From NCBI GenBank assembly GCA_010356995.1, contig ML996704.1:434001-498000 (forward strand): a stretch of DNA of 64,000 nt, written 5' to 3'. Shown here piece by piece: positions 1 through 13,976 of this stretch (within the stretch, counting starts at the first letter, position 1; every line of letters begins with the position of its first letter). A model generated the notes under the pieces. That model searched no databases and was not told the origin of the DNA. It saw only the letters and a list, made by a program, of their open reading frames with translations. This DNA comes from Trichodelitschia bisporula (Eukaryota). Made by a program: the position numbers and the translations under genes.

Positions 1-273
1 ACAGGTGGTAGATTAGCGCGCGGAAGAGCCGGATATGCCAGATGAAGGGGAGGTTCTGTTCCGTTAGTGCTGTATGGGGACGGGTGTGGTGCTGGCTACC
101 TTGAAGTTTAGCAGCATCAGGACCAGCGCGGCGGCCTTCCAGAACCCGGCATGTCCCCCGCCGAAGAAGCGAGCTACGGTGTTGCGGGCGGAAGGCTGTG
201 CGGCGACGGCGGCGAGGGATGTGCCCGCGGCCACGATACCCGCGATGACGGGGAGGCGGCGCGCGGCGGACAT
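1..273 (-). CDS. THEM6-like hot-dog-fold thioesterase family protein, 5' part (runs off window start)
   Basis: Exon 1 273..100 (MSAARRLPV...LMLLNFK); intron 99..56 (GTAGCC..CTAAC..CAG); exon 2 reads NLPFIWHIRLFRALIYHL. The joined LNFKNLPFIWHIR resembles the N-terminus of fungal THEM6-like thioesterases. Confidence 0.6.
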
Positions 274-682
274 TGTGGAGATCTATAGGGAAAGGCAGAA
301 CGATAAGGACGAGAAGTAGAGTCAGCAACAGGCCGATATATACAGCAAGGAAACGAGCGAATTTTCAGCTCAGCGAAATGTCACATGGAGCCGATGAAAA
401 GGCCAACATGGCGCCTTAAAGTGCAGTAAGCATGGCCGTGGCGACGACGAGCTAGGACTGGTGTAGAGTAATGAATGTTGTGTTGGGATCCCTTTGGTCG
501 TCGGCCTACTCGTCGGCCGTCCTTCGGTCTAATCCACAAATTGCGGTCCCCGGTAACATGTGGCACCCAACCACGTGATTGCTATCTACTCCGAAAATAG
601 ATGCAACACCTCGAGGTGTTGGACATTACGACTAGTGGATCATTCCAACAGTAGGAGCCCTGGGATCCCCACGCCGCAAGAT

Positions 683-2716
683 CTACTTCTTCCGCCCCTT
701 TGTCTTGTCCACCACCTCGACCCACCGCTGCGACACACCCCTCCGTTCCAACGCCCTCCCCACTGCCGCCGCCTGCGGCCCCTGCACCATAACCTCCATG
801 ACCGGAGCCTTGGGCGAGCTGCCAACCAACCGCTCGACACTCGTGCTCCCAGCACACACCTTACGGAGTTCATCCGCCAGTGCCTGGGGCGCGATACCAA
901 AAGCCTCAAGCCCGCTAATCTTCGTCGCAGTCTTGTTCCCACTGCGCGTCTCAAGCGTAATAAGCACCTTAGGCGGTGCACCAGCCCTAGGCTTCGACAC
1001 ATCAGGCGGCGCGTCGGGCTCGCCCGCCGGCGTACGCGCAATGACGTAGTATGGCGAGCATCCGGCGAGGATGCGCTCGACGACGACTTCGCGCGGAGCG
1101 AGGCCCTTGGCCAGGATCCCGTTGTCGAGCGGGCTGCGGCCGTCGAAGACGGCGTTTGCGAGGAAGGGATCAAGTTTGGCGGCGCGTCTGGCCTTGTCTG
1201 AGATTAGGTTCTCTTTCTCCAGGTAGGCGTTTATGATGGGCCGGAGGTCGGCGGCAGTGTAGTAGGCGCGCGGGTCGGAGGACGAGGCGGCGAAGAGCGG
1301 GGCGAGCTTCTCCTTCGGCCTGAAGAGGGATATGATTTTGACGGTCTGGCCCACGGCAGAGTCATTGGGGTCGATCTTCTCCGTTGCCTTGGTGCCCCGG
1401 CCGACGCTCGTTCCTGCAGCTGTTTCCTTCCTCGGTAGCCGGTATGGCTTGAAGTTGGTGACTTGGGCATCATCAAAGTCGATATCAAGCACCACAGTCT
1501 CGTTGCCAGCGCGGTCCTTGGACTTGAGGATTTGCATCTTTTCCAGGCCCTTGATGAACTTTTTCACGTTCTTGTAGCTGCTCTTCTTGATCTGCAATGA
1601 GCTGGTCTGAAGTGGTGTGAATGCAGGTAAAAATGGCTGAACGAGAGTCGAGAGGAAAACGGACTGATTTAAGGGGAATTCGAGACCGTAGTTTGGAGGT
1701 TCATTGTTGCTTTTGTAGTGGTGTACTCCGTAGAGGAAGGCCTTGCAGAATGCCTCGTCGATTTCTGCCCCGTCAGATCATCTGCACACTCGTGATGATG
1801 GGTACGCTTACCTTCCCTCGTCAGCTCCCGATCTTCAACTTCTTCTCCTAGGCCGAGATCTTCCTCCTCTGGTTGTGCCTCCTCCTCCTGAGTTTCCCTA
1901 CCCGCCTCCGCATCCAGGCTTACTCCACCCGGCTCTTCGTCTTGTACAACGAGCCGCTCCGTCTCGTCCGCTAACTCACCCACCTCACCTCCTTCGTCCA
2001 CTAACCACCCCTCCACCTCCCTCGGCGGCCCACCCCCCGTCTTTCCCCCCTGACTCCACGCCCAAATCTCATCTTCCGCCCAATGTACCGTCCTGACCGC
2101 CAATCCCTTCGCCCCAGTAACCTGTGTCACATCTGCGACATCAATCTCACACACGCCCACCACAACCGGCGCCGACGGCGCCGCCGTATTCGCAACCGCC
2201 ACAACAGTACCCTTCCTCGCCTTATCCGGAAACGGCGGTCCCCACGCCAGCCCCGGCGTCATAAGATCCGCGCCCGTCTGCAACTTATCGACAACGACAG
2301 GGTGTGTGTGCAGCAAGGGCACGATGCGGGGATTGCGCCAGAGGGTGTACACGGTCGGATACATGCGGTCCTCGAACTTGATCCAGAGCACGCGTTGGTC
2401 GTCGCCAGCGTGGGCGCCTACATACACCGTGCCTGAAATCTGCTTCAGGTCTGGGCCGTGGGTGGTTGTGAAGCGCGCGGAGAGGGTGTTATCGGGGAGG
2501 AGGCTGTTGCGCAGCGCGGAGTGCGCGGCTGTGGCGGCAGCTTTAGCTTCGGCATCGTCGCTGGTCGGGAGCGGGACTTGGAGGTCGAGATCTGAGATGA
2601 TGAGGTCGGCGGTGCGGCGGCGGTCGGAGGAGCGCAGGGGCGCGAGCGGTTTGATCTGAACGGTTAGCTAAGTGAGGAACTGGCTGGGAAAGTACATTTG
2701 GCTTCTTTTTGAACAT
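683..2716 (-). CDS. TMA64: Translation reinitiation/recycling factor eIF2D (ligatin/Tma64-like): PUA, SWIB and SUI1 domains
   Basis: ATG 2716 MFKKKPN; intron 2695..2656; IKPLAPLRSSDRRR; PUA region GADLMTPGL; intron 1811..1765; QIKKSSYKNVKKFIK; C-terminal SUI1 ETRSGNKTATKISGLE...EVMVQG. Confidence 0.93.
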
Positions 2717-3204
2717 TGCTACAATACTTGAGAGAGTGTCTGGTGGTGTTTAAAGGTGTAAAAGCCGCAGACGAGGAAGATGCAAACGAGGATTTGGGGT
2801 GATGTCGAGGCAAGGTAAATGACGTTCGACGACATGAACGCGCCAGGGCGGGGTCCATCCGTACCCTCCAGGATCTTCCCCACTGTTCAACAAGCGGTAA
2901 GCCTACGGCGGGATACCGATGCCTAAATCTCGCACCATGGCACAGCATGGATGAGTCACTACATTACATTCCAGGCACAATCAGATCCGAGAGTATCACG
3001 GTGTGGCGGGAAGCACGTGTCAAACCAGCAACCTAAACATCGTGCATCCGAACCCGCATATTAAGCACAGAGCTTCGGCACACACCAGATGCCCATATCT
3101 AATTATCAGGTTCATAAACCATAATATACCTTGCGAATCGCTAATCCCCAAAACACCCCCAAAGTCTTTATTTACAATTAGGTTCCTTCAATCCTCATCG
3201 CCTA

Positions 3205-4478
3205 TCACTGCTTAACCGGCCCGTGGTGCGATGGCATATCGCCCATGACCTCAAACGCCTGCTGAGGCTGATTCGGACTTCCCCTCACACTGTGTCCAGC
3301 CGGCACCGCGCCCTCCGCCTCAGCCGCAAACTCCGGCTCGCCCGTCACGCGGTTATACCCGACGAAAGTGCCGCCGTCGCTAGGATTCGTCTGCTGCGTC
3401 GCATAGGTCATATCACTGAACCGATGATTGGCATACGGCCCAGCAGACTGGCCACCTGACGAGGGTGCAAGCCCAGGTACGGGGCTCCAGGGCATCGGGC
3501 CAGGCTGCTCGCCCATCTGCGACGGCGCGCCCGTGCTCTGGTCCGGCACGCCCTTCTTCAGGAAGCTCTTGTACGTCGCGCTGCGGCCGATGAAGAAGAA
3601 CAGCGCGCCGGCGAGGAGCAGCACGAGTACGGCGCCGATGACGATGCCCGCGATGGCACCGCCGGATAGGTGCACGCCATGCGAGTCGTGCGAGTTGGGG
3701 ACTGCGGTGGCCGTTTGGTCTGCGTAGCCAGGAGGCGCGGAGGCGGTTTCCGCGCCGATGTTGGCTCCTTCTGCCGGCCAGGGTTCGCCTGGAGCGAGCT
3801 GGAAGGGGGCGGAGATGGCGGCGTCTTTTTGCTTTTGAAGTGAGGTTCCCTTGGCCTGCTTCTGGTGAGTAGGTGGGGGTGGTTTGGAGGGAGATGGACA
3901 TACAGGATTGATCACGCCGACCATGCCATTGGGATGGCACGAACCGAGGGCATTGCAGTAGAACCAGATGGGGTTCTTATCGGTGACGGTCAAGTTCCAA
4001 GAGCGGCCCTATATCGTCAGCGCCGCATCTTCGGCCATATCGCCATACATACCGTGATGACGTCCGCCTTGGGGAGTTCTTGGGTCAAAATATTGTTCGA
4101 GTGGAAGCCGCCGCTTCCGTGTATCATCTCGTACGGGATGCAGGGGTTGCAGCCCCCGCCGCCACACGCGTCGGAGCCGGTGTACTCGGCCCGGATGACG
4201 GAGTGGTTGGTGGGGTAGAATTCGAAGACGATGAGATCACCCACGTCGGCAACCGTGGTGTTAGGATCGTACATGAAGCCGTTGGCACCCACATTGATGC
4301 GATGAATTTTCGGCGATCCCGTCGCCATCTCAGGCGCAATGGTTGTTGTTTGCGATGCTGAAGACGAAGATTCGGGGGAAGGGGAGACGGAAGTGGGGGA
4401 TGATGAACCGCTAGTGGTTTGCGCAACAGTGGTGGCGAGCAGCGCAAAGAGCGAACTCATTAGAAGAGAGGCGCGCAT
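3205..4478 (-). CDS. Secreted, membrane-anchored Ser/Thr-rich cupredoxin-domain protein
   Basis: Signal peptide MRASLLMSSLFALLATTVA, S/T linker, cupredoxin motifs FEFYPTNHSV and WFYCNALGSCHPNGMVGVINP, TM helix LSGGAIAGIVIGAVLVLLLAGALFFFI. Introns 4052..4009 and 3903..3856. Confidence 0.85.
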
Positions 4479-7124
4479 GGCAGGCGAACTGACGCAAAGG
4501 CGTCCTTGTACCGTATGCGGAAGCTTAACACTACGATTAGGAGCAAACGGTGATTATATGGCGGGCAGTCGATTGTGAGACGTGGGAGCGAACAGTACAG
4601 TAGCACAAAGAGTCAGTTCGGCAAGAACGATCATCACCAGCAGAAATCCGGGGCGAGGGGGGACGAGGCCAAAGTTAAGGAAAACGGGTGGCCGGGTCAA
4701 GCTACCATCTACGCCTCAAGCCAGCATGGCCCGCGCAGCTGCATGGCTGGCGGGGGTGAGGGAGGGGGGGGGGGGTGCTCAAGGGACATTCCCGTCAGCG
4801 TCGCGGCGGCGGGAAGGCCGACTGGCGATCTGACGTGGGTAGGGAGAAAAAAGAGCTGCAGCGTCGCAACCCGCAACTGGCGGAGAGCAACAGGGCCTGA
4901 ACACGGTCGGTGTTGGTTTCAAAAGCGTGGTGCATCTCCATGCAGATGGATGGGATGAACATGGGGGCGGGGTTGAGAGCATGGGAGTGTGGGAGCATAG
5001 GAAGTGGGAGCATGGGAAGGGGAGAACTGCTAAAGAAAGCAACGGCCTAACGTCGCTTTGCTGCTCCCTCTTCTCGCCGATAGTACTTTAAGCATGAGAT
5101 TTGCGCAAGTCCCGAAAGGCACCTGGAGATTTCCCGTCTACGGAGTAGTCCGAGGTTGAGGTGGTGATGATGTGGAAGGCGGAGTCGTTGTGCGAGAGTC
5201 AGGCCGTCAGCAGGCAAAACCGGTGCACAAAATTTCAAATGGGAACGGCCTCCCGCGAGCGTCAGCGCTCAGCAGTCAGCCGGGAAAAGCTTCGCCTTGC
5301 TTGAATGCTGCGCAATCCTGATGCCGTGTTCCGGCGTTGACAGCGGAACTGCAAAACTGCCAACGGAAAGACGTCGGTCTCGAGTTTCTGGTGGAGTCCG
5401 CATCACATCTCGCGAGCTGCGATGAGACATCCCTAGCCCAAATACAGCAAGGCTGAAAGAACAAGCGAAGCGGCCTAAGTGCTTGTTCCATGAGGAAGGT
5501 CTTGGTACGATATTCGAAGAGATGCTTCAGTCCATCCAACTTCGTCTTTCTCCATCTCAAGCAATTTGTTTCTCCCATTCATCGCTTAAGTCTCACCTCT
5601 TCTGATTGATCTTCCGGCCGCCTCAAATCCCTCTGCTTATCACCCACGCAGCGAATCACAACAGATACCCTGCCGGAAGCTGCGCACACCCCCCGCCTTA
5701 CGCCAGTCTCCCCTCCCCGCCCCCCTCAGGGTTCCCCCACTAAAGGGTCCATGCTAGTGAAGAAAGTTATGGCCAGCCGAAGCGGCCTCGATACGAAGAG
5801 AGGCTAGCTATGACTTTCCCCAAGGCTCAGCTGGGGATCCCCTGTTTCACAGGAAGCCAAGCCAGCGGAAGCACCAGCCACCCTTGTTGATGGCCAACAC
5901 TTCGACGCCCACCCGAGTTTGTTCAGCACGCAACCAACGGCACGGCACACGCCGACGGCTGAAAGACACTTCGGCGATGTCGCCTGTGGCCAGAGTCCAG
6001 ACGGTCCGAGGCCCTGTGCGCTTTTGCAGACCACAGCTGTGATAATGCCGATGCATCATGCACCATGCTCGAGGCAGCTGAAATCGTAGAGCGCATTTCA
6101 GCTCTCCCTTAGCATTCACACGCCTCAGCTCGCAATCTAAAAGCTGCTCAGACTCTGCTCGGTGCTTCGCGTGCACCATTCGCCGTAGCGTGCGAAGATG
6201 GCTTGACTTGTCAACTTCTGCTTACGGATATGTAGCTATTTTGGGCACCGGTACCGCAGCTGATAGCACGTGATGTTGATGGGCGAAAATCGTACCCCAA
6301 ATTGATGATCTCTCCGAGGAGCAGAAAGGGCCCCCAAATAGCCAATCAGTGAAATGCTCTGTGGAAGCGCTTCATTTGAGACACGACATGCACTCAAACA
6401 CCTCCGACACGTCTTGGTCCTTGGCCCTTGGTTTTCGAGAACGCGACATCGTTCTCGACCAGGACTCGAACATCGGCATCATGCGTGCCATGTCGCCCTT
6501 TGAGCATACCTTGTCGCCATTCTCTCCGGCCTTACCTTGGCTCACGAACAAGACTCAAGGCCTCCTGCGCCCGCAGCGCTCCCTTCTCGGCCTCTCCAGA
6601 CGACTGGAATTCCATTTGATCCACACAAAGCCAGCAGCCGGGCTCGTGCTTTTTTGCGTCTCTTCTTGCAGAACATTCAAAACCATGAGGAGTGCCTGCT
6701 CCGGTTGATATCTACCGTACTTTGTATAGCCACGTGACTTTTCCCTCCGGATCAAATGCCTGGTGTTTCGAGGACCAGATCCGATAACCATTCTTCGGTA
6801 CTTTGGTACAAGCCAAATATGATGACGTTGTTCATGTCAATGCCTTTCAACTCACATTGCGGAGTATTGCGAACATTTCGAACATGGTCGAGATTCGGCC
6901 TGAGCAGTCATTCCATGAGGACATTCCTCGTGTGACATCGAGTTAACCTTCTTTTAGACCCCAGTCACCGAGCCGCTAGCCATTTTCAGCATTCTGATAG
7001 TACGCTACACTAGACCCCGCGTCTAATCACGTGAACACGAGCTGCAACACAGCCTCTTCGCGGCCTATGTCAAAGAACGCGACGACATCCCCTCGACGTC
7101 CAGACGTCGACTTCCTCTGCAGCC

Positions 7125-10100
7125 ATGGACCCGCTCAGCGTTACTGCCAGCGTGGCCAGCGTTATAACCATCGGCTACCAGATCTCGAGTGGACTGCTCA
7201 CACTCGTTACCACTATCCGCGAAGCGCCCGAGGAATTGCAGGCCATTCGCGATGACTCGTACAGCCTGTGCGGTATTCTGTAAGTTGGTGTATAGCATGG
7301 GTTAAGCCGAGCCTGACGCCAAAAGGGATCAGATCAAGGCGCTACTCGAGCCACAGGCCCTTCCGGAGGCGAAAAACATCAAGCTCAATATCCGCACCGA
7401 ACCGGTGATGAAGGCAACGCTAAACTGCGAGGCCGTATTCAAGAAAATTGAAGAGGCACTGAAAAGTGCGAACCGCGACTATGTGCGCCCCAAGATGAAG
7501 GCCGGGGTCGTGGGGCAGAAAGTCAAGTTGTCATATCTGGAGCGGCTGAAATGGCCGTTCAAGAAGGAGCAGCTGCAGAACATGAGGAAGGAGATCGAGC
7601 ATGCGAAGGCGACGTTGACGCTGGGAGTCGTCACTTTCCAGTTGAAGAAATTGGACAGCTTGCAGATGGTGTATGTATCTGCTGCTGGTGAGAGCGGGGT
7701 GTTGCTGATTGGCGAAGCGTTCCTATCGACGCCTTTGAGAAGATGCAGCTCCAAAGTACGCTTTTTCAGCTCATGTCCGAGATACGCGAGCGGAACAAAG
7801 CCGAGGAGCCGAAGCCGGAGCTGGAACGGGACGAAGAAAAGGATACAGCAATGCCTCCTGTCTACTCAAAGATTCCAAGCCCTCCGGACAAGGGTTCCTT
7901 TGCGCTTGGGGGACGGGACCTTCATCCAGACGACTTAGCCCAGCCGAACGACTCCGCGGGCGACTCCACTCCGGCAGCGATGTCTTCCGTCGCTCTCCCG
8001 ATCGGTGCTATGGGGGTGCACTCCGTTTTTGCATTTCAGCTACCCACAGGCTCTCCCACCGTGTACGACAATTCCCGGCCATCAACGGACTCGGTCAACC
8101 TACCAACATTTTTCGGTGATAACGACCCGCCACTTCCTGATTTCACCGCTACCGGAGATCGCGGTGGAAACCTGGCTAACAACGGCCCGGACGCTTCGTA
8201 TGGAACCTCCCGCCATTCGCATAACAATAACGAAGCCGAGAGTATCGAAGACGCCCCCTATACAGGTACCAGGGATCCAGACTCGTCCTCAACCGTGTCT
8301 CGTGCCACCGCGGATCCAAAACCGTTGACCATGAAGGCATGGACCACGATTGCAGTCCCAATGGCGCCTGCTCCCTTCATGGACCTCGCACACCCGATTC
8401 CATTCCTAGGCTGCCGGATTACACCACTCCGTCTGCCGCAGGCCGAGATTTCCAAACTGCTGGAGGAGCACCAGTCCAAGTATGGGAACCGGTCCGGCTT
8501 CGAGGCGCTGCGGAGCATCAGCCCCGAGCAGCGCGACTGGATCAACTTACATATCAAGGCCGAAGATTCCGAGCTGCTTTCCATCGCCGAGTGGGATTCG
8601 ACGGTGCAGTCCACCATACTGGGCAAGCTCGCCGTGACATCTCTCATTTGGATCACGCAGACGGCCGAACCCAGGAAGCGCGCTCCGAGGAATTTCTACG
8701 CCAATGGAGAATATCTGCCTGTCTCGAGATACAGCCCTCGGTCCCGCTCGGGGGCACCCGAGGCGAAACCCAGGATCTTTGCGGGTGGATCTGGAGAACC
8801 AGCCAGTCCCTCGTACGAACCGACGCAGTCAGCAAGGCAGGATAGCGTCCGCAGCGACGGCCATGGGGGATACGTTGACCTCAGCTCCATTGGCGGTGGA
8901 TTCGATGCGCGGATGAGCTATGGTGGTGACGTGCCGGCCACGGGCTCCGTACCATTGGGGCACGGGCCCCGCTTTGTTCCACGCGGTGGCTCGCTTCACG
9001 CGGGCCGAGCTCCGGATCCGAAGACTGATCTCATTGAGTTTGCTCCCGTGGCGCCCCTGCCACTACTACCATTGGAATCTGATCCACCGGCGCGCTACCG
9101 TGTACGGCGGCTTGCCGTAGAAGAGGAGACCTTGAGGGAATTTAAAGTAGTGTGGAGGCCCGATGTAAGCCGTCCCTACTCTTGTGCGCTCATGTTTGGC
9201 TCATGTTGTGATCCAGCGTATCGACCCGGATTACTTGTTCATATTACAAGAACTCTCACCTGCTCTGAAAAGGGACATATCTGGGCATACACGCGAGTTA
9301 AGACATAGGCGCTTGGCAGAAACACGCGAACGACTGGCGCGCGACGAAAACGAGCGTGCAAGGCGCTACAACGAAGAAAGAGAAGAGCGGCTTACAGGAG
9401 TGTCGGCCCGGTCCCGGAGAAGGGACAGGCTGACGATATCGAAAGATGAAGCAGAAGCTTCTGAGACTGCAAGAAGAATCGAAGACCTCGAACGGGCCAA
9501 ACGAGAACTTTACGAAGCTGCGAGGATGAAAGGAGACGAGCCCGCCGCCTTAGCTGAAGCGAGGGCTAAAGCGCAGGCTGAAGCATTGCTGGCCAAGCTG
9601 AGCGCGCAACGCATACCAACCATCGAGTACCAGATTGAGACGGCCAACTTCCAGAAGACAGCACAGCCACTATCCGTAGACGTTTCCTACCTTCCGTCTT
9701 TGCCTCCCAGCCGCCCTGCGTCTCCACCTCTTGCAACCAGTGCCGCCGAAGCCCCGGCTGCTATCGAAGAAATTGAGCCGGGTAAGGCTGAGGTTGAGGA
9801 GGATATCGGGGCCCCTTCTAAGAAGAAGCATGGCACCAAGAAGGGTAAGGAGGGGAAAGGCAATCGCCAATTTCTCGATACCGAGGTCGTGATGGAGATG
9901 AGCCCCGAGGCGCGCTACGACCCTGAGGAGATGATCACCCCGATCCAGTGGCCCGCGGAGCCGGGAAAGATCTATGCTAAACTCAGCGTCTGTATCCCTC
10001 TCTTGCAGAGAAACAAGTCCCTAACCTCTCGTAGGATCTCAAGGATGTTGGGTGCCGGCTTGACATGAGTGCCCAACTTCCGCCTACGTTCCGTTTCCCC

Positions 10101-10478
10101 CCAGCTACCCTCCCTTCAGAGGCAACCAAAGCAGAGGAAACCGAAGCAGTGGCCGGCGAGACCGGAAACCAAACCGCAATACCGTTCCGCTATCGAAAGA
10201 CTCGACCGGGCCGGCGCTCCATGACCCCATCCCTCGAATACACATCCAGCACACAAGAATTCCGGCCCTTGTACTTACTCGAGCGCGATCGCCGCAGCTC
10301 AGAAATCGACCCTATCCTCCCTGAGCTACCCGCGCTACCCGGGAGCAGCGAGGAGGCGTACGTATCTGGCCATCCTGAGCCATTGGAGAACCAAGAAGCC
10401 ATGCTAGAGGAGCTCCTTGCACAATGGGTAGAGGTTTCCGAAGGGCCGGATCAGCAACTTCCGCCTGATAGCCTGTAG
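7125..10478 (+). CDS. Large multi-exon protein with fungal HeLo-like (STAND-associated) N-terminal domain, no NACHT
   Basis: ATG 7125 MDPLSVTASVASVITIGYQISSGL..EAPEEL; intron 7280..7325; ..LERLKWPFKKEQLQNMRKEIEHAKATLTL, typical of this N-terminal domain. It continues through long ORFs 7743-9308, 9184-10068 and 10065-10478, joined by short introns whose exact boundaries are less certain. Confidence 0.7.
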
Positions 10479-12071
10479 CCCTTCGACGCGACACCTCTTG
10501 ACAGTTGACGTGCCATCCGGGTCGGAAGAGCCCCGTGGATTACAGAGAAATGTTGACCTTGATGTGGTAGTGGCATTTGACATGCGATAATGTAAGTAGA
10601 TTACAACAAGCATATTATTGTTGGCAGGCATAACGGCGTAGAGGTAGGAACCTCTCGTTGAAGGGCATGCGGGTCTGCACTCAAGGGAAGGCGATATGGG
10701 ACTATGGCGGGTATTTACTCTGGAGGGCCCCGTGTCTCTCTTTCTTGTTTTGTCTTCTTCCAGCGTTTTTGAGTTTCAACCACTGTTTGCATGTGACCAA
10801 GCTCTGTGTACATCACCTTCTCGGGCTATTGAAGTACACTGAAGCGAGCTGCCTTTGGCAACGGTCTGTGTGTGCGCTCCTTATCGAGCAACAAGTGGAG
10901 ACCTCCTCGCCCCTTTCCCGATCCGGCCATGCCGATGGGCAAGGTCGGCCCGTGACATGGCACGGAACACGGCACGGGACACTTCTCGATAGCCCTTCGG
11001 CACTCTCAATGGGTTCAGTCAAAACTGAAATTGTGCGATGAACTTGACGCCGCCTCAGACCGCGATTTACTTAGCAAGCATAAATGCAAAAAGGAATCCT
11101 CTGTCCTCCCAGAATCGAACTGGGGACTTTCCGGTTTACAAGGGGAAACCATTACAGCCGGACGCCATAACCAACTAGACTAAGGACAGTCATTTGGATG
11201 GTGAGTGGGCGTCGTTTGCCACTGAAAAACTCGTGGACTCCGCTTCGCGTGGATTTGGCGGGGAGTGGGGCTCAGGACTTGGGTGGTTGGTTCTCTTTGA
11301 TCCGTCTTCGACTTCACTGTGGCCAATGGGACGGTCTGGAATTGACTGCTAGCAAGGCGACTCCACTATCAACGATCTCCACTCTCGAGCGTCCTGTTCG
11401 GTTACCCCCGTCCCGAGGAGGTGAAGGGAGTCAGGCACCTGAGAGCCCACTGGATGGCAAGGAGTCCTGTCCGACTATGTCAATTCATTTTACTGGACGA
11501 TCATCATTCAAGGAGACGGAACCTATGGTGTGCATCTTGAAATCTGCAGATAAGATCGTTTAGTCCAATCCCGAGTCGCAGACGAAAAGAGTCCTAGTAT
11601 CCGTTGCTGCGGAATTTATACTACGGATGCAGCAGGCTGAGGTGCACCGCAAATATAGCGGTTGAGTGGCCAGTAAGCTATGGAAATGCAAGTGCCCGCT
11701 CCCGGAGAGCTTAAATTGGTGATCAGGATCGGACCGCCTAGGATGCGATCAAGTCGATTGAAAAGCCCGGAATGTGCAATGTGGAGGTAGCAGCCGTGGA
11801 GGTGATATAAAACTAGCTTAGCGACAAGCCCGGAACATGTGGCAAGGGTCATATGCCGTGGATGGTGTCCGGTTAATCTATTCAATGTAATGCATCGCTC
11901 TACAGCGTCGTCCACCTCAACGGATACGAATTCCACAACGCTCGAGACAGAGGTGAGAGCAAGGAGAAATGTGTACTTTGAACAGTATCAGACATTTCGG
12001 GCTACATAAGCCATCCGCAGCCGCCGCCAGGCGCAACCGCGTTCGACACCGCTCCCAGCACAGCCGAAACC

Positions 12072-13309
12072 ATGCACCTCCTCCTCCTAGCCCTACCCCT
12101 CGCCTACGCCCAAACACCCAAGCCCCCGCCCTCAACCGGGGACAACGGGCAAGTAGGCGGCATCTTTGGCGCCGGGGCCGGCATGTCCATGCCCAAGCTC
12201 GGCAGCCCACCCGTGCCGAAAATCGCCCCAAAGCCGAGCGGATCCTCGGCTCCCAAAGGCGGGCTCTGGGACACACCCCTCGGCGCCGTGGGCAACGCAG
12301 CCGGGAACATCCCCATCACGGCGCTGGGAGCCGCATTCGGTGGCGCCGGGGCCGAAGCGCCCAAGGGCAAGCTCTCGCCCGAAGAGCTGGTGCATCCGGG
12401 CACGGGGCCGTATCCGGCGCATTATACGACTGGTGGGTTGGAAGGCTCGGTGGGAGAGCTGGGCTAATGGGTAGACCCGTCGTTGCCGGACAAGACGATT
12501 TATGCGCCGATGACGCCGCCGCCTGCGAGCGTTAAGATGCCTGTGATAGTGTGGGGCGAGGGGGGATGCTTCAAGACGGGCACTTTCTACGCGCCGTTTT
12601 TGATTGAGCTGGCGAGTCATGGATATGTTATCCTGGCGAATGGGCCGCCGACTGGGAGTCCGCCTACGACTATGGCTGATATGGGCAAGCTGATGCAAAC
12701 GCCGCAGACGAAGGTGTCGGACTTGTTGGATTCGATTGACTGGGTAGTTAAGGGGGGCGGGAAGAAGTTTGGCTCGCTGGATTTGGAGAGAATTGCGACA
12801 GCGGGGCAGAGCTGCGGAGGGACAGAGGCGTTGAGCGCGGCATACAAAAACGATAAGGTCAAACTGACGTTTCTTGTCAACAGTGGGACTTTGAACGCGG
12901 AGGCGAGGCCTTGGTTGAGGGAGTTCAAGTATCCAGTTGGTATCTTCAATGGCGGACCCAAAGATATCGCTTATGCCAATGTAAGTTGGCTGCCGTTACC
13001 TGCAGCTTTGATCTGGCTGACGGTTGCAAGGGCGTGGCCGACTACGAGGTGCTACAGTTACCGGCATTCATGGCAAATCTTGACACGGGCGTAAGTTTTC
13101 CGGCTCCAGTGATCGATAGTGGTGCTGATGCGTCCAAGCACGGAGGGACGCTGTTTGCGAAGAATGGTGGCAAGTTCGGTAAAGCGGTGTCATCGTTCCT
13201 GGAATGGACCTTCCGGGGTGACCAAAAGTCAAAAGCGATATGTTTGGACCCGAAGGCCCCTGGGAGCCTCGTCTCTGAGAACTGGAATGTTAGTGCTAAA
13301 GGGTGGTGA
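12072..13309 (+). CDS. Secreted alpha/beta hydrolase (esterase, chlorophyllase/cutinase-like fold)
   Basis: Signal MHLLLLALPLAYA, Pro/Gly linker, intron 12433..12474, MPVIVWGEGGC, nucleophile GQSCGG, GGPKDIAY (Asp), HGGT (His). Two further short introns near 12981 and 13090. Confidence 0.85.
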
Positions 13310-13976
13310 TGTTATATAAGTCATGAACCCGAGCAGTGAGTGACTTGGTGGTTTATTGCTTGTCTAAACAGCTTCGAGGCGTTTGAGAGGACCTAGCATT
13401 TCATCGCAGGACTGGAGGCGCCGGGTTGTACTGCGGCTCGGAGGGCATCAATGCTTGCCTCGTGCTTGCATCCGGACTTCTGATACCTTTCATCATAAGA
13501 TGCGGGCGTGGTCCTGCCGGTTAGCAAGCAAACCGCAATCCAGGGTTCATTGCCATTACTCTAGCCTAGCATTGAGTACATTGATTCCTCTCCGAGAGGT
13601 GGGAGTCAGAAATACGGCGGAATCCATCAGCTGTTGAGGACACACCTAGTTCTAGGACAAGCTGCTCAACATCTGCGACTGGGTAATTTAGACAAGTGTT
13701 GGACGGATGGGACTTGAGAACGGAGGTCGAGGTTGAGGTCATTGGCCATGATCAGGTGACGTTTATGGCCCGTGCTTAGAGTAGCGTCAGAACGGCGACT
13801 TCCAAATCGCGACGTCCTCACTTCATCCCAGTCTACACATTTACCAACTTCAACACACATCTCCATCCACCAACCTTGTCACTTTGTATCTTCCTCTTGG
13901 TATCTCTTCGATAACTCCCCTCACATCGTCTCACATCGCCTCACATCACCCCTCGGGTCCCATACCCCCGTCGCCA

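Noticed and set aside
5000..7100. Short ORFs or a possible relic gene between the cupredoxin and HeLo-like genes
   Set aside because: No consistent spliced frame, transposon motif or terminal repeat was recognisable.
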